Below the pieces are notes generated by a model. It saw nothing but the letters and a program-made list of their open reading frames with translations, did not search any database and was not told the DNA's origin. Positions 52,677 to 64,000 of a stretch of 64,000 nt of DNA are shown here, one piece after another. Origin of the DNA: an uncultured Acidobacteriota bacterium (GTDB lineage Bacteria; Acidobacteriota; Thermoanaerobaculia; Multivoradales; UBA5704); NCBI GenBank assembly GCA_963700145.1, contig OY969474.1, positions 1,120,001 to 1,184,000 on the forward strand, written 5' to 3'. The first letter of the stretch is position 1. Each line of letters opens with the position of its first letter. A program made the position numbers and the translations under genes.

Positions 52677-54889
52677 GGCGCCGCCGGCGCCGAGCGGTGC
52701 TCGTGGATCGGCTGCCGCTCGTCGTTCTCGTGCGGGTGCGCGGCCCAGAACTGCGGGTTCAAGATGTGTCCGGCCTCCATCGGCCCGAAGCGGGCGAAGA
52801 GCTTCTGGTGGCGGGCGGCGCGCTCCGTGTCGCCGAGCGCTCGCCAGGCGAGCATCAGGCTGTTGTGTGCGGCGCGGTCCTCGGGGTCGATGTCGAGGAT
52901 CGCCTCCAGCTCGGCGACCGCCCCGCGGTAGTCCTGCTCGAGCAGGAGGAGCGTGACGATCTCGTTGCGCAGCACGCGGTCGCGCGGGTGGCGCAGCGCG
53001 GCCTTGCGCAGCAGCTCGAGCGCCTTCTGCACCTCCCCTTCTTCCTTGAGGAGCAGCCCCTGGTAGATCCACACCCGCGGCGCCTCCGGGGCGAGCGCGG
53101 CGGCGCGGTCGAGCGCGGCGCGGGCGGCGGCGAGGTCACCTTCGGCGAGCGCCACCTGCCCGAGGTTGAGCCAGCCGTCGAGGAAGGCCGGGGCGAGGCG
53201 CACCGCCGCGTCGAAGGCGGCGCGGGCGCCGCGCAGGTCGCGCTGCGTCCAGAGCGCGATGCCGTAGTCGTTCCAGCGCTCGACGTCCGCCGCCGGCGGC
53301 GGCGCGGCCGGCGCGGGCGCCGGCGGCAGCGGCGCGCCGGCGTCCACCACCCGCAGGGTGACGCTGTCCTCGGCCATCGTGACGATCGGCAGCCGCGGCG
53401 TCTCGGGCTCGCCGGCGAAGACCCAGCGGGTGAGCTCCCAGGCGAGCTTGCGGTAGTTGAGGCGTGCGGTGAGGGTGATCGTGTCGCCGGCGTCGGGCGG
53501 CACCTCGAGGCGGAAGTGGACCGCCTCGGAGGCGCTCGGCATGATGCGCCGCAGCGAGGCGACGCCGCGCGCCGCCCAGGCGTCGCGACGCACGATGGGC
53601 TCGCCCCGCTCGTCCACCCAGCGGTTGCGCCAGAAGTGGGCGCCGGGATCGACGGGCGAGCCCTCGTCGGCGCGCCCACTCCAGAAGACGACGCGGCCAC
53701 GGGAGTCCACCCCCTTGAGCTCCAGCCAGCAGTCGTGGACGTCCTGCTTGCCGCCGGGGAAGAGGTGGCCGACGCCGCGGGTGCGGACGACGACGGTGAC
53801 CCGGCGGGACTCGCCGCGGCGCACCGCGGCGGCGGCGCGGTCGAGCGGGGCGATGACAGGCGCCTCGACGGCGCCCGCGACCGGCGCCTCGGCGGCGCCC
53901 GCGGCCAGCTCCGGCGCCTGGAGCGCGAAGAGATCCACCGTCACCTGCCGCGCCTTGAGGAACGCCTCCACCGCGGCGAGCTGCGCGCGGTCGCCGTGGA
54001 GCGCCGGGAGCGCGGTGTTGGCGGCGGCGAACCTGTGCGAGCCGGCCGCCATGTGGCAGTCGACGCAGCTCCGCGGCCGGTCGGGGAAGTAGAAGCTGCG
54101 CGCCCCGTGGCCGGAGATCGCGTTGGCCTGCCAGGCGTCGTAGTCGTTCATCTCGCGCAGGTAGCCCTTGCCGTTGACCGGCTCGTCGAGGTGCGACTTG
54201 TGGCAGCTCGCGCAGAGCTCGGCGCTCCCGAGGACCGGCCGGGCGTAGGCGCGGCGGTGGGCCGCGGGGTCGACGCGCACCAGGTGCTCGTGGACGGCGC
54301 GCAGCAGCGGCTCGGAGCTGGTCGCCAGGTCGTGGAGGGGCGGCGGGTCGAGCACGTGGTCGCCCTGCCCCATCGAGCTGCGGACGGTGGCGATGCCGTG
54401 GCAGGCGGTGCAGCCGACGCCGCTCCGCGCCAGCGCCGGGTCGGCGGCGGCGAGGTTGTCGATCTGGCCGCTGTGTAGGAGGGCCGGCGCGTGGCAGCCG
54501 GCGCACCAGCGGCCGGCGACCGGCGCCACCCCCGCGGCCCGCTGGAAGGCCTCGAAGGTCTTGCGGAACCAGGGGTTCTCGAGGCCCGAGAAGCGGTGCG
54601 GCGAGGAGCGCCACTCGGCGGCGACGTCGGGGTGGCAGCCGGCGCTGCCGCACCCCTCGGCGTCGGCGAAGAGGCGCGCGTCGAGCCGGCCGCCGGCCGC
54701 GTTGCGGGCCGAGGAGGGGAAGAAGGGGCCGTCGGCGCCGCCCTCCGCTTCCTCGGCCATCGAGAGCGGCGCGGGAGGATTTCTTAGCGTCCAGGTGCCC
54801 TCGGGCGCCACGGCGGCGCCGAGGGCGGCCGCGGCGGCCGCGCCACAGGCCAGTAGGAGAGAGCTGCTCGACAGCAGGTGACGTCGCAT
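52673..54889 (-). CDS. Secreted multiheme cytochrome c (c554-like) with C-terminal TPRs
   Basis: CGSAGCH, CAGCH, CTACH, CASCH and CVDCH; GVGHLFP; TPR helices. Confidence 0.85.
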   Translation of the reverse strand: MRRHLLSSSSLLLACGAAAAAALGAAVAPEGTWTLRNPPAPLSMAEEAEGGADGPFFPSSARNAAGGRLDARLFADAEGCGSAGCHPDVAAEWRSSPHRFSGLENPWFRKTFEAFQRAAGVAPVAGRWCAGCHAPALLHSGQIDNLAAADPALARSGVGCTACHGIATVRSSMGQGDHVLDPPPLHDLATSSEPLLRAVHEHLVRVDPAAHRRAYARPVLGSAELCASCHKSHLDEPVNGKGYLREMNDYDAWQANAISGHGARSFYFPDRPRSCVDCHMAAGSHRFAAANTALPALHGDRAQLAAVEAFLKARQVTVDLFALQAPELAAGAAEAPVAGAVEAPVIAPLDRAAAAVRRGESRRVTVVVRTRGVGHLFPGGKQDVHDCWLELKGVDSRGRVVFWSGRADEGSPVDPGAHFWRNRWVDERGEPIVRRDAWAARGVASLRRIMPSASEAVHFRLEVPPDAGDTITLTARLNYRKLAWELTRWVFAGEPETPRLPIVTMAEDSVTLRVVDAGAPLPPAPAPAAPPPAADVERWNDYGIALWTQRDLRGARAAFDAAVRLAPAFLDGWLNLGQVALAEGDLAAARAALDRAAALAPEAPRVWIYQGLLLKEEGEVQKALELLRKAALRHPRDRVLRNEIVTLLLLEQDYRGAVAELEAILDIDPEDRAAHNSLMLAWRALGDTERAARHQKLFARFGPMEAGHILNPQFWAAHPHENDERQPIHEHRSAPAAP

Positions 54890-55004
54890 CGTCCGTACGG
54901 ACGCACGGCCGACCGGCGCCCGTACGCAAGGTGCGGAGCGGCGGAGAGCGCGGGACAGCGGCGGCCGCTCGCCGGGCTAGGATGCCGGCGAGAGGAGGAG
55001 CGCG

Positions 55005-56078
55005 ATGAGAGACCGCAAGAGCCCGTTTTCGAGCCTGGCCGCCGCCGCCTTCGCCGCCGCCCTCCTCGCCGCCTGCGGCGGCGGGGACGAGGCGGACTTC
55101 GAAGAGACCCCGCTGCCGGCGACGACGGAGCCCGCCCCGGCGCCGGCGCCGGCCGCGGCCGGAGCGCCGGGCGGCGCAGTCCAGGTCGATCCCGCGCTCC
55201 CCGCCTACCGCCCGGCCGGGAGCCTCGCGGGCACGCTCAACTCGATCGGCTCGGACACCCTCAACAACCTGATGACTCTGTGGGCCGAGGCCTTCCGCCG
55301 CCACCACCCGAGCGTGCAGACACAGATCGAAGGCAAGGGCTCCTCCACAGCGCCGCCGGCGCTCATCGAGGGCACGGCGCAGCTCGGGCCGATGAGCCGC
55401 GAGATGAAGGCGAGCGAGATCGACGCCTTCGAGCGCGAGTTCGGCTACCCGCCGACGCAGGTGCGAGTGGCGGTCGACGCCCTCGCCGTCTACGTCCACC
55501 GCGACAACCCGCTCGCGCGCCTCACCCTGCCGCAGGTGGACGCCATCTTCGGCAAGTCGCGCGCCTGCGGCCATCCGCGGCCGATCGACACCTGGGCCGA
55601 CGCCGGTGTCGCCGGGCCGCTGGCGGCGCGGCCGATCAGCCTCTACGGCCGCAACTCGGCCTCCGGCACCTACGGCTTCTTCAAGGAGAAGGCGCTCTGC
55701 GGCGGCGACTTCCGCGACACCGTCAAGGAGCAGCCGGGGTCGGCGTCGGTGGTGCAGGGGGTGAGCGAGGACGCCGCGGGCATCGGCTACAGCGGCATCG
55801 GCTACCGCACCTCGGGGGTCAAGCCGCTGACCCTGGCCGCGCGCGACGGCGCGCCCTTCGTCGGCGTCGATCCGGAGGACGTGCTGGCCGGCCGCTACCC
55901 GCTGTCGCGCTACCTCTACATCTACGTCAACCGCGCGCCCGGCAAGCCGCTGCCGCCGCTGGTGGCGGAGCTCCTGCGCTTCGTGCTCTCGCGCGAGGGG
56001 CAGGAGGTGGTGGTCAAGGACGGCTACCTGCCGCTTCCCGCCGCGGTGGCACGGGAGGAGCTGGCGAAGCTCCGCTAG
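55005..56078 (+). CDS. pstS: Phosphate ABC transporter substrate-binding lipoprotein
   Basis: Lipobox LAAC; GSDT, GKGSST, MSR, GRNSASGT and YPLSRYLY motifs. Confidence 0.9.
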   Translation: MRDRKSPFSSLAAAAFAAALLAACGGGDEADFEETPLPATTEPAPAPAPAAAGAPGGAVQVDPALPAYRPAGSLAGTLNSIGSDTLNNLMTLWAEAFRRHHPSVQTQIEGKGSSTAPPALIEGTAQLGPMSREMKASEIDAFEREFGYPPTQVRVAVDALAVYVHRDNPLARLTLPQVDAIFGKSRACGHPRPIDTWADAGVAGPLAARPISLYGRNSASGTYGFFKEKALCGGDFRDTVKEQPGSASVVQGVSEDAAGIGYSGIGYRTSGVKPLTLAARDGAPFVGVDPEDVLAGRYPLSRYLYIYVNRAPGKPLPPLVAELLRFVLSREGQEVVVKDGYLPLPAAVAREELAKLR

Positions 56079-56143
56079 GTCGCTGATTTGTAAAAGATTC
56101 ATCCCTCGCTATGGGTTGGCGGCCGTTTTAACCGCTCCCGGTG

Positions 56144-56159
56144 TGGCACTTCCGTTGCA
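56144..56159 (+). promoter_or_regulatory. Sigma-54 (-24/-12) promoter
   Basis: TGGCAC-TTCCG-TTGCA, an exact consensus; AT-rich IHF-like segment upstream (about 56075-56100). Confidence 0.8.
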
Positions 56160-56234
56160 GAGCTAGAGACGGTGGAGGCTCCAACGTGGGGCTCACTCCA
56201 GGACGGGCGTTCAACTTCCACAGGAGAGATTGAG

Positions 56235-56837
56235 ATGAAGAATCTAGCTCTGTCCCTATTGGCCCTCGCGCTGATCGCCGGGCCCGCTATCGCTCAGGAA
56301 GTGCAGCCGCTGAACAATCCGCCGGTGCAGGAGGAGCGCACCAACCCGGACGCGCCTGCGATCACCGGCGACTCGGGGCTGACCATCACCGGTACGGTCG
56401 TGTCGTTCACCGACAGCGCCGTGGTCCTCAGCTCCACGGCCGGCGACCTGACCATCCAGATGACCCCGCAGACCTCGCGGCCGGCCACCTTCACCACCGG
56501 TGAGAACCTCGCCATCGACTACGTGCGCAACTCGAACGGCACGATGATCGCCACCGCGATCCGTCCGGTGGGGACCCCGGGGACGGAGGTCGACCACACG
56601 CTGCACGCCCCGGCCCCGTCGGTGCAGGTCGAGACCCAGCTGCAGCCCGCGCCGGAGGTCGAGGCCGAGGTCGAGGCCGACGTGGACGCTGACCTCGACA
56701 CCGACGTCGAAGCCGACGTGGACGTCGACACCAGCGACGACACGCTCCCCGAGACCGGCAGCGAAACGCCTCTGGCCGGCCTGATCGGCCTGCTGGCGCT
56801 CGCCGCCGCGACCGCGCTGCGCACCCGCAAGGTCTGA
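56235..56837 (+). CDS. LPXTG-motif sortase substrate protein
   Basis: Signal peptide; small beta-rich domain; acidic V/D/E spacer; LPETG + hydrophobic segment + RTRK tail. Confidence 0.85.
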   Translation: MKNLALSLLALALIAGPAIAQEVQPLNNPPVQEERTNPDAPAITGDSGLTITGTVVSFTDSAVVLSSTAGDLTIQMTPQTSRPATFTTGENLAIDYVRNSNGTMIATAIRPVGTPGTEVDHTLHAPAPSVQVETQLQPAPEVEAEVEADVDADLDTDVEADVDVDTSDDTLPETGSETPLAGLIGLLALAAATALRTRKV

Positions 56838-56929
56838 CGCGGGCGCCCGAGCGCGCGTAAGATCCTCTCGAACGCCCCCGGGGGCCGCGCCTGAGACCGG
56901 CGGTCCCCGATCGGGTTTCTTTGCCCCCG

Positions 56930-57688
56930 ATGGATTCTCACGACGCAGTCCCCCGGCGAGCCCGCAAGGGCTCGCTGCGGCTTTTGGAAACAGCGCTCTG
57001 GGTCGTCGCGGCCCTGGGGATCGGCTGGTTCCTCGTCGCCCAGCTCGAAGGGGACCTCTACCAGGCGCGCGAGGAGGCGCTGCTCGAGGAACGGCTCGCC
57101 GCCTCGCGGCCGGCGCCGGCCCCGCGGCGCGGCGCGGCCTCCGCGACCGCCCCGAGCGTCGCCGGGCGGCCATCTGAACGGCCGGCGGAGCGGGGCGCCG
57201 CCCGGCCCGCGGAGCTCCCCGGCGAGGAGGAGCCCCCGGAGGCGCCGGCGCCGCCGGCCCTGCCAGGCGGCGCGTTCGGCAAGCTGGCGATCCCGCGGCT
57301 CGGGCTCTCGGTGGTGGTGGCGGGCGGCACCGACAAGCGCACCCTCCGCCGGGCGGTGGGGCACATCCCGGGCACGGCGATGCCCGGCGAGGCGGGCAAC
57401 GTCGGGCTCGCCGGCCACCGCGACCGCTACTTCCGGCCGCTCAAGGACGTGCGCCGGGACGACGAGATCACCCTCACCACGCCGGAGGGCACCTTTCGCT
57501 ATCGGGTCGAGTGGACCGAGGTGGTCGAGCGCACCGCCGTCCACGTGCTGGACGACACCGCCGCGCCGGCGCTGACGCTAGTGACCTGCTACCCCTTCTA
57601 CTACGTCGGCCCGGCGCCCAGGCGGTTCATCGTCCGCGCCCGGCAGATCGGGCACGAGCCGCCGGCGACGGCCGGCGCGGCGCCCTAA
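56930..57688 (+). CDS. Class D sortase
   Basis: N-terminal TM; AGHRD, LTLVTCYPF and the catalytic Arg (PRRFIVRA). Confidence 0.92.
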   Translation: MDSHDAVPRRARKGSLRLLETALWVVAALGIGWFLVAQLEGDLYQAREEALLEERLAASRPAPAPRRGAASATAPSVAGRPSERPAERGAARPAELPGEEEPPEAPAPPALPGGAFGKLAIPRLGLSVVVAGGTDKRTLRRAVGHIPGTAMPGEAGNVGLAGHRDRYFRPLKDVRRDDEITLTTPEGTFRYRVEWTEVVERTAVHVLDDTAAPALTLVTCYPFYYVGPAPRRFIVRARQIGHEPPATAGAAP

Positions 57689-58579
57689 CCCTCCGCCCCG
57701 CCATTCAGCTCTTCGGGCAGGAAGCGGTACTGCGCGGCGCAGAACGCGCAGTCGGCGACGATCTCGCCGCGCTCGTCGCGCAGATGGTCGCGGTCCTCGG
57801 CGGCGAGCAGCGCCAGGTGGCGATACAGGCGCTCGCGGCTGCAGCGGCAGCGGTAGCGCAGCGGGCGGCTCTCGACGACCTCGCGGTCGAGCCCGGCGAA
57901 GAGGGTCGAGAGCACCTGCTCGGCGCCTCCCTCCTCCACCAGGTGGCTGACGCCGCGCATGCCGGCGATGTTCCCCTCCAGCCGGTCGATCGCCTCGTCG
58001 CGCGCCCCGGGCAGCACCTCGACGATGATCCCGCCCGCCGCCGCGACGCCGAACGGCTTGCCGAGGACCCCAAGCAGCACGGCCGAGCGGGTCTGCTCGC
58101 TCTGGGCGAGGTAGTGGGCGAGGTCCTCGCTGATCTCGCCGCTCACCAGCTCGACCTGGCTGTGGTAGCTGCCGCCGCCGGCGTGCTCGCGCAGGACGCG
58201 CAGGAGCCCCTGGCCGACGGCGCTGCCGACGCCGAGCTTGCCGTCGGCCCGGTCGGGCACGGCGACGCGCGGGTCCCCCACCATGCCGCGCAGGTTCCCC
58301 TCCTGGTCGGCCTCGGCGAGGACGCGGCCGATCGGCCCGTCCCCCTTGACCTCCAGCACCAGGCGGGTCGGCACCTTGGTCGCCAGGCGCAGCAGCAGCG
58401 CGGCACCGGCGAGCGAGCGGCCGAGGGCGGCCGCGGCGACCGGCGAGAGGTCGAGCCGCCCGCGCGCCTCCTCGACCACGCCGGTGACGTCCGCCACCCC
58501 CCAGCGCAGGCTCCCGCCCCCCGCCAGACCGAGCTGGAGGGAACCGTTGTGGCCCGTTGTCGTGCGGTTCGAGACTCAT
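57685..58579 (-). CDS. hslO: Hsp33 redox chaperone with a 5' frameshift (intact frame 57685-58497; probable true ATG at 58579)
   Basis: GDGPIG, GEISEDLAHYLAQSEQ and CRCS...CAFC zinc motif; N-terminal codons out of frame around 58545-58560. Confidence 0.8.
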
Positions 58580-58620
58580 CGCCTGCTGGAGAACTGCGGC
58601 ACCCTGCCGCGGATTCCCGG

Positions 58621-59895
58621 TTAGCGGGAGACCGGGCTGGCCGCGGCGAGGGCGGCGACGGCGGCGCGGTGGACTTCCCGCCAGGGGAGGCCGCGCTCGA
58701 GGGCGAGCCGCCGCACCGACTCGAACTCCGGCGCGGCGGCAAGCGGCCGGCCGTCGAGGCGCGCGCGCTTGACCGCCACCGGCCCGTAGGGGGTCTCGAC
58801 CTCACCGCTCTCGCGCTCGGCCTCCAGCCGCGCGGCGCGGTGGAAACGGCAGCCGAGCGAGCCCGACTCGGCGAGGAGGAGCCCGGCCAGGGGCTCCAGC
58901 TCGGCGGGGCGGCAGAGGAGGGTGACGAGCGTCCCCGGCCGGTTCTTCTTCATCTGCACCGGCGTGAAGTAGACGTCGAGCGCGCCGGCGCCGAGGAGCC
59001 GCTCCATGAGGAAGCCGAAGCCCTCGCCCGGCAGGTCGTCCACCTCGCACTCGACGACCATCACCTCCGCCGTCGCCCCCGCCGCGGCCGCCGCCCGCCC
59101 GGCGAGGAGGCGTACGGCGTTCGGCCGCTCGCGCGTGTCGCGCCGGCCGAGGCCGTAACCGCTCCCCTCGAGCACCATCGCCGGCGCGTCGCCGAAGCCG
59201 TCGACCAGCTCGGCGAGGAGGACCGCGCCGGTCGGCGTCGTCAGCTCCCCGTCGCCGCCGCCGTAGACCGGCACGCCGCGCAGCAGCGCGGCGGTGGCCG
59301 GCGCCGGCACCGGCAGCTCGCCGTGCGCGGTGCGCACGCGGCCGCCCCCGACGTTGACCGGCGAGGCGGTCAGCCGCTCGGGCGCCAGGTGCTCGATCGC
59401 CGCCGCCGCGCCGACCAGGTCGACGATCGAGTCGACCGCCCCGACCTCGTGGAAGTGGATCGCTTCGAGCGGCACCCCGTGCGCCGCGGCCTCGGCCTCG
59501 CCGAGCCGCACGAAGAGCCGCTCGGCGCGCTCACGCACCGGCGCGGCGAGGGCGCCGGCGCGGAGCAGGCCCAGGATGTCGGTGAGGGACCGTCCGTGAC
59601 CGGACGCGGAGTGGTGCTCGTGCGGGTGGTCGTGGGCGCCGTGGCGGTGCGGGTGCGGATGCGTGTCCGCAACGCCCGACTCCTCGACCGGCCGCCCGTC
59701 GAGCAGCACCTGGAAGTAGGTCCCGGCGAGGCCGCCGCGCGCCTCCTTCCGCGCCTCGACACCGACGCGCGCCAAGCCGAGCCGGGCCACCGTCTCCTCC
59801 AGCACCGCGAGCGGCATCCCGAGGTCGAGACAGGCGCCGAGGAACATGTCGCCGGCGAGGCCGCTCCAGCAATCCAGGTGGTAGACGCGGCCCAT
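58621..59895 (-). CDS. larC: Nickel pincer cofactor biosynthesis protein LarC
   Basis: DCWSGLAGDMFLGA; His-rich segment; HFHEVGAVDSIVD, ELTTPTG, MKKNRPG and PEFE motifs. Confidence 0.93.
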   Translation of the reverse strand: MGRVYHLDCWSGLAGDMFLGACLDLGMPLAVLEETVARLGLARVGVEARKEARGGLAGTYFQVLLDGRPVEESGVADTHPHPHRHGAHDHPHEHHSASGHGRSLTDILGLLRAGALAAPVRERAERLFVRLGEAEAAAHGVPLEAIHFHEVGAVDSIVDLVGAAAAIEHLAPERLTASPVNVGGGRVRTAHGELPVPAPATAALLRGVPVYGGGDGELTTPTGAVLLAELVDGFGDAPAMVLEGSGYGLGRRDTRERPNAVRLLAGRAAAAAGATAEVMVVECEVDDLPGEGFGFLMERLLGAGALDVYFTPVQMKKNRPGTLVTLLCRPAELEPLAGLLLAESGSLGCRFHRAARLEAERESGEVETPYGPVAVKRARLDGRPLAAAPEFESVRRLALERGLPWREVHRAAVAALAAASPVSR

Positions 59896-59904
59896 GCGGT
59901 CACG

Positions 59905-60594
59905 CTAGCACGCGCCGCGCTGGTGCAAGGACACCCAGCGCCCGCCGCCGCCGAGGATCATGTGGTCCACCAGGCGCACGCCGACCACCTCGCCGGCCTC
60001 CGCCAGGCGGCGGGTGAAGAGCAGGTCGTCGGCGCTCGGGCTGGGGTCGCCGCTCGGATGGGTGTGGAAGAGGAGGATGCCGGCGGCGCCGCGCAGCAGC
60101 CCCTCCTTGAGGATCTCGCGCGGCTCGACGGCGGCGCGGCTCAGCGTGCCGCGGAAGATTTCCTTCTCCCCCATCAGCCGGTTGCGGCTGTCGAGGAAGA
60201 GCGCGCCGACGACCTCCTGGTCGCGCATCCGGTAGCGCAGCGCCAGGTAGCTCGCCACCTCCCCCGGCCGGCTCAGCGGATCGCGCTCGGGGAGCTGCTG
60301 GCGCAGCAGGCGGCGGCCGAGCTCGAGGGCCGCCAGCAGGCTCGCCGACTTCGCCGGCCCGAGGCCGTGCCGGCGCAAGGCGTAGGGGTTCAAGCTGGGC
60401 AGCCCCGCGAGGCCGTCCACGTCGCGCAGCAGCTCGTAGGCGAGCTGGACCGCCGAGCAGCCCTTGTGGCCGGTGCGCAGGAGCACGGCCAGCAGCTCGG
60501 CGTCCGACAGCGCATGGCTGCCCTGGTCGAGCAGCCGCTCGCGCGGCCGCTCGGCATGGGGCAGCTCCTGGATCAGCGAGTCGATGGCCGCCAT
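59905..60594 (-). CDS. radC: RadC/UPF0758 JAB-domain protein
   Basis: RPRERL...LSDAELLAVLLRTG; HTHPSGDPSPSADD; LVDH. Confidence 0.93.
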   Translation of the reverse strand: MAAIDSLIQELPHAERPRERLLDQGSHALSDAELLAVLLRTGHKGCSAVQLAYELLRDVDGLAGLPSLNPYALRRHGLGPAKSASLLAALELGRRLLRQQLPERDPLSRPGEVASYLALRYRMRDQEVVGALFLDSRNRLMGEKEIFRGTLSRAAVEPREILKEGLLRGAAGILLFHTHPSGDPSPSADDLLFTRRLAEAGEVVGVRLVDHMILGGGGRWVSLHQRGAC

Positions 60595-61328
60595 CGCGCG
60601 ATCGCCTCCGTCAGGGCGGGGAGCGCTTCGCCGGCCGGCGCGGCCAGCCGCCAGGCGGCCAGCGGCGACAGCGGCGTGGGCTCCGGGTTGACCTCCAGGA
60701 CGCAGGCGCCGGCGCGATGGGCGAGCTCGATCAGCCCGGCCGCCGGGTAGACCTGGGCGGAGGTGCCGATCGAGACGAACAGCTCGCACTCAGCGGCCGC
60801 CGCCTGGGCCCGCGCCAGCGCCGCGCGCGGCAGCGCCTCGCCGAACCAGACGACCGCCGGCCGGAAGCGCCCGCCGCAGCGGCAGCGCGGCGGGGCGTCC
60901 GGGGACTCCGCCACCGCCTCGGCCATCGGCCGCTCGGCGGCGCACCGCTCGCAGCGGGCGCGGTCGATCGTGCCGTGCAGCTCGACCGGGTCGCGGCTGC
61001 CGGCGCGGCGGTGGAGGCCGTCGACGTTCTGCGTCACCAGGAGGTAAGACGGAAAAAGGGCCTCCCAACGTGTCAGCGCCCGGTGTGCCGGGTTGGGGGA
61101 GGCCGCGGCGACCTGCTCCCAGCGCCAGGCGTACCACCGCCAGACCGTCGCCGGATCGCGCGCGAAGGCCTCCGGCGTCGCCAGCTGCTCCGGGCGGTAC
61201 TCCCCCCACAGCCCGCCTGCGCCGCGGAAGGTCGAGAGCCCGCTCTCCGCCGACACGCCGGCGCCGGTGAACGCCACCACCCGCCGTGCCGCGGCGGCGC
61301 GGCGGAGCAGCTCCGGAGGGAGATCCAC
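60573..61328 (-). CDS. cobB: NAD-dependent protein deacylase (sirtuin)
   Basis: GAGVSAESG, TQNVDGLH, ELHG, zinc cysteines and GTSAQVYPAA. Confidence 0.93.
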   Translation of the reverse strand: MDLPPELLRRAAAARRVVAFTGAGVSAESGLSTFRGAGGLWGEYRPEQLATPEAFARDPATVWRWYAWRWEQVAAASPNPAHRALTRWEALFPSYLLVTQNVDGLHRRAGSRDPVELHGTIDRARCERCAAERPMAEAVAESPDAPPRCRCGGRFRPAVVWFGEALPRAALARAQAAAAECELFVSIGTSAQVYPAAGLIELAHRAGACVLEVNPEPTPLSPLAAWRLAAPAGEALPALTEAIARWRPSTR

Positions 61329-61337
61329 GCGCCGAGT

Positions 61338-61366
61338 TTGACAGCCCCGAAGGGCGTTGCTACAAC
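61338..61366 (+). promoter_or_regulatory. Sigma-70 promoter of speB (probably leaderless)
   Basis: TTGACA-17 nt-TACAAC with an extended TG; ATG 9 nt downstream; no RBS. Confidence 0.7.
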
Positions 61367-61375
61367 TCCGGCCCC

Positions 61376-62243
61376 ATGCCCTATCTCCCCAACAACTTCG
61401 GCCTCCTCGAGGACGAGTTCTCGCGCTACGCGACCAGCGTCGTGGCCGTCCTGCCGGTGCCGTTCGAGCGCACCACCTCCTACGGCAAGGGGACGACGGC
61501 CGGGCCGGCCGCGATCCTGCGCGCCTCGCAGGCGATGGAGCTCTACGACGAGGAGCTGGGGGGCGAGCCCTTCCGCGTCGGCATCGCCACGCTGCCGCCC
61601 TTCCTCCCCGAGGCGTTCGACCTCGGCGAGGCGCTGGCCGAGCTCGAGGAGGCGGCGCGCGTCCAGCTCGCGGCCGGGAAGTTCCTCGTCACTCTCGGCG
61701 GCGAGCACAGCCTGACCCAGGCGCCGGTGCGCGCCGCGCGCGCCGTCCACGGCGAGATCGGCGTCGTGCAGTTCGACGCCCACGCCGACCTGCGCGAGGA
61801 GTTCGAGGGCACCCCCTACTCGCACGCCAGCGTCATGCACCGGTTGGTCGAGGACGGCTTCCCGACGCTCGCCGTGGGCATCCGCTCGCTCTCCACCCCC
61901 GAAGCCGAGCTCATCCGCGAGCGCTCGCTCGCCGTCCTCTGGGGCCACCAGCTGGCACGCGCCGAGGAGCTCTTCGCGCCCCTCCTCGCCGCGCTGCCGG
62001 AAAAGGTCTACCTCAGCTTCGACGTCGACTACTTCGATCCCTCGCTGGTGCCGGCGACCGGCACGCCGGAGCCCGGCGGCGGGCTCTGGTACCCGACGCT
62101 CGCCCTCCTTCGCGCCCTCTTCCGCAGCAAGCGGGTGATCGCGATGGACTTGGTCGAGCTGGCGCCGATCGGCGGCCAGCCGGCGAGCGACTTCCTCGCC
62201 GCCAAGCTGGTCTACAAGTGCATCGGATATCTCGCGGAGGCGC

Positions 62244-62260
<17 letters not shown>
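61376..62260 (+). CDS. speB: Agmatinase
   Basis: GGEHS, DAHADL, SHAS, DVDYFDP and TGTPEPGG motifs. Confidence 0.92.

Positions 62261-64000
<1,740 letters not shown>

Noticed and set aside
54890-54903. 14-bp palindrome CGTCCGTACGGACG at the cytochrome start
   Set aside because: Single occurrence with no recognisable regulator motif (not a Pho box); it may be chance in GC-rich DNA.
59905-60594. radC as a marker of a mobile element or defence island
   Set aside because: It is the full-length chromosomal type among housekeeping genes, with normal codon usage.

Overview
Very GC-rich, gene-dense 64-kb bacterial chromosomal window. It is probably Acidobacteriota (Thermoanaerobaculia-like); this is inferred from the gene families present, not from a database search. 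About 47 CDS and one tRNA-Leu(UAA) are supported. I found no rRNA, CRISPR array, integrase or transposase. Housekeeping genes (lepA, hflX, ettA, hemW, pruA, pstS, hslO, larC, radC, cobB, speB, glgB) are interspersed with secreted and envelope proteins: a matrixin-FN3 protease, an M4/M36-like protease, tandem S9 peptidases, GT-C glycosyltransferases, a TPAT/TRAP transporter, a multiheme-TPR + CRTAC1 pair, a Cys-rich repeat protein, and an LPXTG protein with its sortase. The most notable observations are: (1) an RRE/radical-SAM/SPASM-shaped protein that lacks the catalytic CxxxCxxC motif; (2) a sortase-LPETG pair behind a perfect sigma-54 promoter in a probable diderm; (3) hflX translationally coupled to an erythromycin-esterase-family lipoprotein, with a possible leader peptide; (4) an orphan PqqD/RRE behind hemW, divergent from a Cys-rich repeat protein; (5) a collapsed relic of the TlpA-fusion gene flanking an apparently acquired protease; (6) REP-like palindromes inside a local codon-skew zone; (7) a 20-bp tandem array; (8) a CTG-start peptidase paralog, a frameshifted hslO and many leaderless-type promoters. 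All functional calls come from motif recognition by eye.
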